This document shows positions 57,727 through 64,000 of a stretch of 64,000 nt of DNA, one piece after another. A program made the position numbers and the translations under genes. The notes under the pieces are model-generated. The model made no database searches. It saw only the letters and a program-made list of their open reading frames with translations, and was not told the origin of the DNA. This stretch comes from a candidate division Zixibacteria bacterium SM23_81 (GTDB lineage Bacteria > SM23-81): assembly GCA_001304015.1 (NCBI GenBank), contig LJUY01000007.1, positions 10,314 through 74,313 on the forward strand. The letters run 5' to 3'. Position 1 is the stretch's first letter. Each line of letters opens with the position of its first letter.

Positions 57727-59097
57727 ATGGCTCAGGCAGGCAGAGTAGCTTTGTGGAGTTTCTTTCTCCTGTCAATTTCGATCAGCTCTCTGAGAGGGGA
57801 TGAAGCTTCGCAGAAGCCCTCCGACTGGGAAAGGCGACTGGAGATGCTTCGCGCTGTACCTTATGTGGGTTTCTCGGAAGTTACCCCCAATGAGCAGGAG
57901 GATGGCGTTGTATTCTATGATCCGAAGAAGGCTTACCTTGGTTATAACTTATACTGCCTGCAATCAACCGGCGAGATTTTTCTGATAGATATGCATGGCC
58001 AGGCAATCCACCGGTGGACGTATTCTCCACAGACGAAGAGCTTCGGTTCTGGACACGCCATAATGTTGGAAAACGGCGATGTACTGGTCATCAAAGAGTT
58101 TCTTGAGCTGCTTCGGCTCAATTGGAATTCGAAGCTGGTCTGGAAAAAAGCCTTGGCGGCACATCATGACGTTGCACATGCGCCAGATAGTTCTTTTTAC
58201 GTGATTGCGCGGTCTTTTAAAAGACATAGGGGATTGAGAGTGATATTTCCCACAATAGTGCATCTCAAAACAGACGGGAAAGAAATTGACAGGTGGTCCG
58301 CTTACGACCATATGACTGAGATGAGGAACACTCTCGACACCAGCTCCTTTCTGGATATGCACCTCGACAGTGCCCTTTCTGGCCGGTCTCAGAAATTTGG
58401 GGTATCGGAAATAATCAAGAGGATTGGGACGGGCCCTGGACAGTATTACGATTACTTTCACCTAAATGCCATCACGGTGATTCCACCCACCGTTTTAGGA
58501 GAACAAGACTTGCGGTTCCGTCGCGGTAATTTACTCATTTGTCTCCGGAATGTGAATCAGATAGCGGTGTTAGAAAAGGACACATACCGCATTCTATGGT
58601 CCTGGGGTGAGGGTGAGCTTGAATGGCCACACCATCCCACGATGTTGGAAAACGGTCACATACTTATCTTCGACAACGGAGTCCAGCGCAGATATTCTCG
58701 GGTGGTGGAGCTAGATCCCCTGACAGAGGCCATTGTTTGGGAGTACGTGGCCGAGCAGCCGGAGGATTTTTACTCTCATTTTAGAGGTTCGGCCCAACGG
58801 CTACCCAACGGCAACACGCTCATCTGTGAAAGCGATAGGGCTCGTGTTTTTGAGGTGACAGAGCAGGGGGAAGTAGTGTGGTTTTGGCGGAATCCTGCCA
58901 CCGAAGAAGTGGAAGGGAAGTGGGAAAGACTGAGTTCGATACCGAGACAGTCGTCTGGAGCTAGGCGCCGGGAAGCTGTCTATAGGATGTTACGCATTCC
59001 CACAGCACAGGTAGACAGATTGATGAATGGGTGGTGGTGGAAGTGGGGTTTTGCAGATGAAAAAGAAGTTCACATGAATGTGCTACGCGCTGAGTGA
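57727..59097 (+). CDS. Secreted arylsulfotransferase (ASST)-like beta-propeller
   Basis: Signal peptide; LEMLRAVPYV, AHHD, DYFHLNAI, WPHHP, LIFDNG, GSAQRLPNGNTLI. Confidence 0.78.
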   Translation: MAQAGRVALWSFFLLSISISSLRGDEASQKPSDWERRLEMLRAVPYVGFSEVTPNEQEDGVVFYDPKKAYLGYNLYCLQSTGEIFLIDMHGQAIHRWTYSPQTKSFGSGHAIMLENGDVLVIKEFLELLRLNWNSKLVWKKALAAHHDVAHAPDSSFYVIARSFKRHRGLRVIFPTIVHLKTDGKEIDRWSAYDHMTEMRNTLDTSSFLDMHLDSALSGRSQKFGVSEIIKRIGTGPGQYYDYFHLNAITVIPPTVLGEQDLRFRRGNLLICLRNVNQIAVLEKDTYRILWSWGEGELEWPHHPTMLENGHILIFDNGVQRRYSRVVELDPLTEAIVWEYVAEQPEDFYSHFRGSAQRLPNGNTLICESDRARVFEVTEQGEVVWFWRNPATEEVEGKWERLSSIPRQSSGARRREAVYRMLRIPTAQVDRLMNGWWWKWGFADEKEVHMNVLRAE

Positions 59098-59192
59098 TTT
59101 GAGAATAGCGGATAGGTGAATTACGAACTTGAGGTTTTCACCCATAGCGTATGACGAATTACATGAGGCGATAATGGAGGAAGCGAGGTGAG

Positions 59193-61514
59193 ATGAAAAG
59201 ACCCAAGTATCGAAGCGTGGGCCAAAATCAGCGCAAGGTGGATGGCGAGGCTCTGGTAACTGGGCAAGCGCGGTATGTGGACGACATCGAACTCAGAGGC
59301 ATGCTGTACGGGAAGATTCTGCGTAGCCCCCACGCCCATGCCAGGATCCTGGAGATCGACGCAGACGAGGCCCGAGGCCTGCCCGGGGTTCATGCTGTGC
59401 TAACGCACCACAACGTGCCGCGAATCCAGTATACCACCGCGGGTCAAGGTGCCCCGGAACCCTCGCCCAAGGACACCTTCGTGCTGGATGAAAAGGTGCG
59501 CTACGTGGGCGATAGCGTGGCTGCCGTGGCCGCCGAGACAGCTCAGATTGCCGAGGAGGCTTTAAAGAAAATCAAGGTGAGGTGGGAGGTTTTGCCTGCC
59601 GTGCTGGATATGGAACAGGCCATGACCCCGGATGCTCCCAGAATTCATGAAATGCCTTCGGCAAATGAGATCTCCAATCCGGAGAAAAATATCGCCGCTC
59701 AGGTGGAGGTAACCGATGGGGACCCGGAGAGGGGTTTCGCCGAGGCGGATCTTGTGGTGGAGAACCACTACAGAGCTGGACGCGTTCACGCCAGCCATAC
59801 CGAACCGCATATCTGCATCACCTGCCTGGATGAGGCGGGCAGGCTTGTGGTGCGAACCTCCACACAGGTGCCCTTTCACGTCCGTCGGATTATCGCCCCC
59901 CTAGTGAACCTGCCCATCGGCAAGATTCGGGTGATCAAGCCCCGAATCGGCGGTGGATTTGGAGCCAAGCAGGAGGTGCTCCTGGAGCCCATCTGTGCCC
60001 TGTTGACCCTGAAAACGGGTCGCCCGGTGCGCATTCGGCTTACCCGGGAGGAGGAGTTCATCTCGTCAAGGACACGACATGCTCAGATTCTGCGGAGCAA
60101 AGTTGGCGCTAAAAGCGACGGCACCATCACTGCCACTGAGCTTGAGGTTCTGGCCGATACCGGGGCATATGGCTCTCATGCCTTAACGGTCCAGTGCAAC
60201 ACGGGGAGCAAATCGCTGCCCTTGTATCGTACGCATCAGTACCGGAAGGGTGTGAACAACGTCCACTTCAAGGCCACGGCAGTCTATACGAACCTTCCCG
60301 TGGCCGGAGCCATCCGTGGTTACGGAGCGCCCCAGGGATTTTTCGCCCTGGACAGCACCTTGGACGAGATGGCCCACAAGCTGAAGATGGACCCCATCGA
60401 TTTTCGTTTGAAGAATCTTGTGCGCAAGGGAGATTCTCCAGCCCTCTTGGAGAAACTGGGTGAGGGGAGAGAGGGAGTCAAGCAGATTTTGAAGAGCTGT
60501 GGAGTGCGAGAGTGCATCAAGCGGGGCATGGCCGAGATAGAATGGCAACAAAAGAGGGCTCGAAAAAACGGCGGAGTGGTGAGAAGAGGAGTGGGGATGG
60601 CTGTCCTGCAGCAGGGCTCCGGTATTCCAGGCATCGACATGGGGGCGGTGACCATTAAATTGAACGAAGATGGTTCCTTCAACCTAATGACCGGGGCTAC
60701 AGATTTGGGTACCGGCTCAGACACCATCCTGGCCCAGATCGCTGCCGAGGTGCTGGGCACCGCTGCCGATAAGTGTCACGTCTTCTCTTCCGACACTGAC
60801 CTGACCCCCTACGATACCGGAGCCTACGCCTCCAGCACTACTTACATAACCGGCATGGCTGCCAAAAAAGCCGCCGAGGAGATACGCAGGAAGGTTCTAG
60901 CGCGAGCCGTTCGAATGCTCTCGGAGAAAAGGGGAGATCTGACATTGGAGAACGGCCGGGTGAAAGGCCGCAAGAAGAGCATTTCCCTGGGGGAGGTCTG
61001 CGCCGACGCGCTTTACGAACACGATCAGGAACAAATTATGGCTACTGCCTCTCACATTTCTTACGATTGCCCGCCCCCCTTCGCAGCCCACTTCGCCGAC
61101 GTGGCTGTAGACACCGAGACGGGTCAGGTTAGGGTTCTCAAATATGTGGCAGCAGTAGACTGCGGCACGGCCATAAATCCCCAGTTGGCCGAGGGCCAAA
61201 CCTTGGGGGGGATCCATATGGGGTTAGGATATGCCCTGAGCGAGGAATACCAGTTCGACGATAGGGGTCGTCTGATGAATCCCAGGTTTCTGGATTATAA
61301 AATCTTGTCCGCTTCCGACATGCCAGAGATTAAGGTGATCTTGGTGCCCACCTTCGAGCCCACTGGACCCTTCGGTGCCAAGTCCGTCTCGGAGATTCCC
61401 ACCAACGGCCCTGCTCCAGCTATCGGCAACGCAATCTTCCATGCCTTAGGAGTGCGCCTGCGCGAGGTGCCGTTTACGCCAGAAAGGGTACTCAAGGCTT
61501 TACGTAATGCGTGA
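59193..61514 (+). CDS. Xanthine-dehydrogenase-family molybdopterin-binding subunit (XdhD-like)
   Basis: TGQARYVDD, RSPHAHA, STQVP, IGGGFGAKQE, AIRGYGAPQG, YASSTTY, FGAKSVSEIP. Confidence 0.93.
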   Translation: MKRPKYRSVGQNQRKVDGEALVTGQARYVDDIELRGMLYGKILRSPHAHARILEIDADEARGLPGVHAVLTHHNVPRIQYTTAGQGAPEPSPKDTFVLDEKVRYVGDSVAAVAAETAQIAEEALKKIKVRWEVLPAVLDMEQAMTPDAPRIHEMPSANEISNPEKNIAAQVEVTDGDPERGFAEADLVVENHYRAGRVHASHTEPHICITCLDEAGRLVVRTSTQVPFHVRRIIAPLVNLPIGKIRVIKPRIGGGFGAKQEVLLEPICALLTLKTGRPVRIRLTREEEFISSRTRHAQILRSKVGAKSDGTITATELEVLADTGAYGSHALTVQCNTGSKSLPLYRTHQYRKGVNNVHFKATAVYTNLPVAGAIRGYGAPQGFFALDSTLDEMAHKLKMDPIDFRLKNLVRKGDSPALLEKLGEGREGVKQILKSCGVRECIKRGMAEIEWQQKRARKNGGVVRRGVGMAVLQQGSGIPGIDMGAVTIKLNEDGSFNLMTGATDLGTGSDTILAQIAAEVLGTAADKCHVFSSDTDLTPYDTGAYASSTTYITGMAAKKAAEEIRRKVLARAVRMLSEKRGDLTLENGRVKGRKKSISLGEVCADALYEHDQEQIMATASHISYDCPPPFAAHFADVAVDTETGQVRVLKYVAAVDCGTAINPQLAEGQTLGGIHMGLGYALSEEYQFDDRGRLMNPRFLDYKILSASDMPEIKVILVPTFEPTGPFGAKSVSEIPTNGPAPAIGNAIFHALGVRLREVPFTPERVLKALRNA

Positions 61515-61552
61515 TACGTCATTGGTGATGCGTCATACGTATTACGTACTGC
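61503..61552. repeat. Degenerate heptamer tandem array (CGTnATn) spanning the stop codon of the Mo subunit
   Basis: cgtaatg cgtgata cgtcatt ggtgatg cgtcata cgtatta cgtactg. Confidence 0.75.
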
Positions 61553-61630
61553 ATCACTTTCTGGATTCAAAATGTGGTCATACCGTTCACGATATTGAAC
61601 AATGACTTTAGAACCCAAGTATAGGTTAGC

Positions 61631-63010
61631 ATGATGAACGAGCAAGGAGAAATCCTCTTTCAAAACATCTACCACTTGGTGACCATGAACGATCGAGGCG
61701 AGCGACTTTCTGGGGTGGACCTGTTGATCCAGGGCAACAAAATCGCCAAGATCGGCAAGGATATCGATGCCCCCGGGGCCAAGCTGATCAACGCCTCAAC
61801 GAGCCTAGTCATCCCCGGCCTCATCAACACTCACCATCATCTCTACCAGACCCTTCAGCGTAATATTCCCGCGGTGCAAGATGCGGAGCTGTTCGACTGG
61901 CTGAAAATTCTGTATCGGGTGTGGCAACATCTCACCCCTGAGGCGGTGCGAGTCAGCACCCTGCTGGGCTGTGGCGAGCTGCTTAAAACCGGTTGCACCA
62001 CCGCTCTCGACCAATATTACGTTTTCCCCGTGGGAATAGACGAAGATCTCATCGGGATCCAGGTGGAGGCGGCCCGGGAGGTGGGCATTCGGTTTCATCC
62101 CACCCGGGGAAGCATGTCTCGGGGTGAATCCCAAGGCGGTCTGCCTCCAGACTCGGTGGTCCAGGACGAGGAGACCATCCTGAAAGATTGCCAAAGAGTT
62201 ATCGAGCGGCATCACGACCCGGCTCCCTTCGCCATGACTCAAGTGGCCATTGCCCCCTGTTCCCCTTTCTCCGTCTCCAAGGATCTGCTGAGAAGGACGG
62301 TACAGTTGGCCAGGGAGATGGGGGTTCTCTGTCATACTCACGTCGCCGAGACGGAGGATGAGAACCAATATTGCCTGGAGGTATATGGCAAGCGCCCCCT
62401 GGCCCTCATGGAGGAGATGGGTTGGTTGGGGGAGGACATCTCCTTTGCCCATGGGATTCACTTCCGGGATGAAGAGCTGGACCTTTTGGCCCAAACCAAA
62501 ACGGCCATCGCCCACTGTCCCACCTCCAACATGCGACTTGGCTCCGGGGTAGCCAGAGTCCCGGAGATGATTCGGCGGGGCATCACCGTCGGTCTGGCCG
62601 TTGACGGCAGCGCCTCTAACGATTCCTCGGACATGCTGGGGGAGATGCGTAACTGCTTGTTGATGCATCGCCTGAATTGGGGCGCCTCCGCCATGACCGC
62701 CCAGGGAGCATTGTCCCTGGCCACACGGGGTGGGGCCAAGTTGTTGCGACGGAAGGAAATTGGCAGCCTGGAGGTTGGCAAGGCCGCCGATCTGGCCATG
62801 ATCGACCTGAACCGATTGGAGTACACCGGCTCTCTCTCCGACCCTCTGGCGGCGGTTATCTTCTCGGGTATTGACCACACTGTGAACCTGACCATGGTGA
62901 ACGGATGGATCGTGGTTCGCGACGGGCAACTGTTGGGTGTAGATGAGACTAAGCTTATCGAGGATGGCAATCGCCTGTCCAACGAGATGTTGGAAAAAGC
63001 GGGAATTTAG
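61631..63010 (+). CDS. 8-oxoguanine deaminase/AtzB-like amidohydrolase
   Basis: PGLINTHHHLYQ, RFHPTRGSMS, APCSPFSVS, HTHVAE, AHCPTSNMRLGSG, VDGSASND. Confidence 0.9.
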   Translation: MMNEQGEILFQNIYHLVTMNDRGERLSGVDLLIQGNKIAKIGKDIDAPGAKLINASTSLVIPGLINTHHHLYQTLQRNIPAVQDAELFDWLKILYRVWQHLTPEAVRVSTLLGCGELLKTGCTTALDQYYVFPVGIDEDLIGIQVEAAREVGIRFHPTRGSMSRGESQGGLPPDSVVQDEETILKDCQRVIERHHDPAPFAMTQVAIAPCSPFSVSKDLLRRTVQLAREMGVLCHTHVAETEDENQYCLEVYGKRPLALMEEMGWLGEDISFAHGIHFRDEELDLLAQTKTAIAHCPTSNMRLGSGVARVPEMIRRGITVGLAVDGSASNDSSDMLGEMRNCLLMHRLNWGASAMTAQGALSLATRGGAKLLRRKEIGSLEVGKAADLAMIDLNRLEYTGSLSDPLAAVIFSGIDHTVNLTMVNGWIVVRDGQLLGVDETKLIEDGNRLSNEMLEKAGI

Positions 63011-63147
63011 ATGAGAGCCTTTTGGCACCTGGAGGCGAGATCGCTTTACGCAAATCCTGACCAGCGTAGGTCATGATTTTTTCTTGACTTTGCTCTTTGG
63101 GCGTCATACTTTGTGGTCGGTCTCCTCATCTTAAAAGGAAAAGATTC

Positions 63148-64000
63148 TTGCAGCTTATGGCCACTTCCATAGACGGATTTCTCGCCTACTGGTGTGGGCT
63201 TCACGAGGTGCGCGGTGAGATCCACAGCGTTTTTCAGAGGGCTTTGAACATAAGAACCTATGGGGGACAACTAATTTCGATCCTCTCTCGGGCCGGGCTA
63301 GATGGTCCCAACACGATGGTGACGGAGCTTCCCCAGGATCTCAATTTCGTCACCATGGGCCTGAGTTCGGGAATGCCCGTGCGGTTGGACGGAGTGGAGG
63401 CCGACCTGGGCCAGGGAGCCCTAAATTTGAACATTGGTACGGCCCAGAAGTGGTGGCCGCGGTTGGCTGGTGGGGCCGAGCGACTGAATATGGATCGGCT
63501 CAAGCGTAACTTCAGTGCCATTCGGAGGACGATGCCCAAAGAGGAATCCAGGGAGGGATTAAGTGGACTTCTCTCGCTCGTGGGAACGCTGGCTGCTGGC
63601 CGCTGGAGGACGGTGCAGCGCATGGCCTTCACACCGCTGACCCACCAGGCCATACCCGGAATTCGGGACATTATGATGGGGGCGTTGAAGCGGAAAGAGA
63701 ATCTTCTGGGGCGAGGGCTTCGTGAGCTCATAGGGTTGGGGACCGGCCAGACCCCATCGGGGGATGATCTACTTTTGGGCTTCATTGGCACCCTAAGCGT
63801 GGTCTCCAGACGGGTAGGTGGACCAGAGGTGGAGGATTTGTTGAGAATCATCAGACGTGATTTGGGGGTCATGAAGGAAAGAACCACCTTTATCAGTGGT
63901 AGGCTTTTGTCTTACGCCTGCGCGGGGCGAATATCCTCTCCTATCATATCAGTTGTTCGAGCTATGCTCTTTGGAGATGCCCCCGATGCACACTCCTCAG
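63148..64000 (+). CDS. DUF2877 (YlbF/AllH-like) protein, partial at right edge
   Basis: Not in ORF track. Manual translation gives GEIHSVFQRALN, GPN, LIGLGTGQTPSGDDLLLG, TTFISG; start TTG 63148 or ATG 63157. Confidence 0.8.
   Translation, partial: MQLMATSIDGFLAYWCGLHEVRGEIHSVFQRALNIRTYGGQLISILSRAGLDGPNTMVTELPQDLNFVTMGLSSGMPVRLDGVEADLGQGALNLNIGTAQKWWPRLAGGAERLNMDRLKRNFSAIRRTMPKEESREGLSGLLSLVGTLAAGRWRTVQRMAFTPLTHQAIPGIRDIMMGALKRKENLLGRGLRELIGLGTGQTPSGDDLLLGFIGTLSVVSRRVGGPEVEDLLRIIRRDLGVMKERTTFISGRLLSYACAGRISSPIISVVRAMLFGDAPDAHSS

Noticed and set aside
56356-61514. Selenocysteine read-through or a selenate-reductase call for the Mo enzyme
   Set aside because: No in-frame TGA interrupts conserved regions, and motifs fit the xanthine-oxidase family
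63258-63887. 209-aa minus-strand ORF (and 63046..63270)
   Set aside because: Shadow of the plus-strand DUF2877 gene, which the track omitted because it runs off the edge
1-64000. tRNA, rRNA, prophage or integrase
   Set aside because: No cloverleaf/T-loop signature, rRNA-like segment or phage/integrase motif recognised by eye; a covariance search would be needed to exclude small RNAs

Overview
A 64-kb chromosomal segment of a diderm bacterium. Many secreted proteins carry a 'QNYPNPFN...G(V/I)Y...KMxLL(R/K)' T9SS-type/FlgD-like C-terminal sorting domain (CTD), which suggests an FCB-superphylum lineage such as KSB1/Zixibacteria-like (inference only). All recognisable genes from 1 to 56046 are on the minus strand; beyond a divergent promoter region (~56130-56300) all are on the plus strand. 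Contents in order: (1) a large metallophosphoesterase/PQQ-propeller gene running off the left edge, absent from the ORF track; (2) REP/MITE-like inverted-repeat elements; (3) an SSS transporter; (4) a trehalose block (DUF5752, treT, otsB, mscS, otsA); (5) HD-GYP and stress genes; (6) secreted cell-wall-type hydrolases (two amidases, a GHL10 glycosidase, an M23 peptidase, and an S8 protease lacking its catalytic His); (7) fur-feoA-feoB; (8) a frameshifted Kelch gene; (9) a DASS transporter with a divergent cysC; (10) a frameshifted REP-associated tyrosine transposase; (11) a LarA-family gene; (12) a SusD-less locus of TonB-dependent receptor, two paralogous acidic surface proteins with different CTDs, a PorV-like barrel and lipoproteins, which is the best candidate for an undescribed system; (13) an XdhD-type purine-catabolism cluster interrupted by an arylsulfotransferase-like gene and ending in a DUF2877 gene cut by the right edge. 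No rRNA, tRNA or CRISPR array was seen. All family calls come from motifs read by eye, not from database searches.
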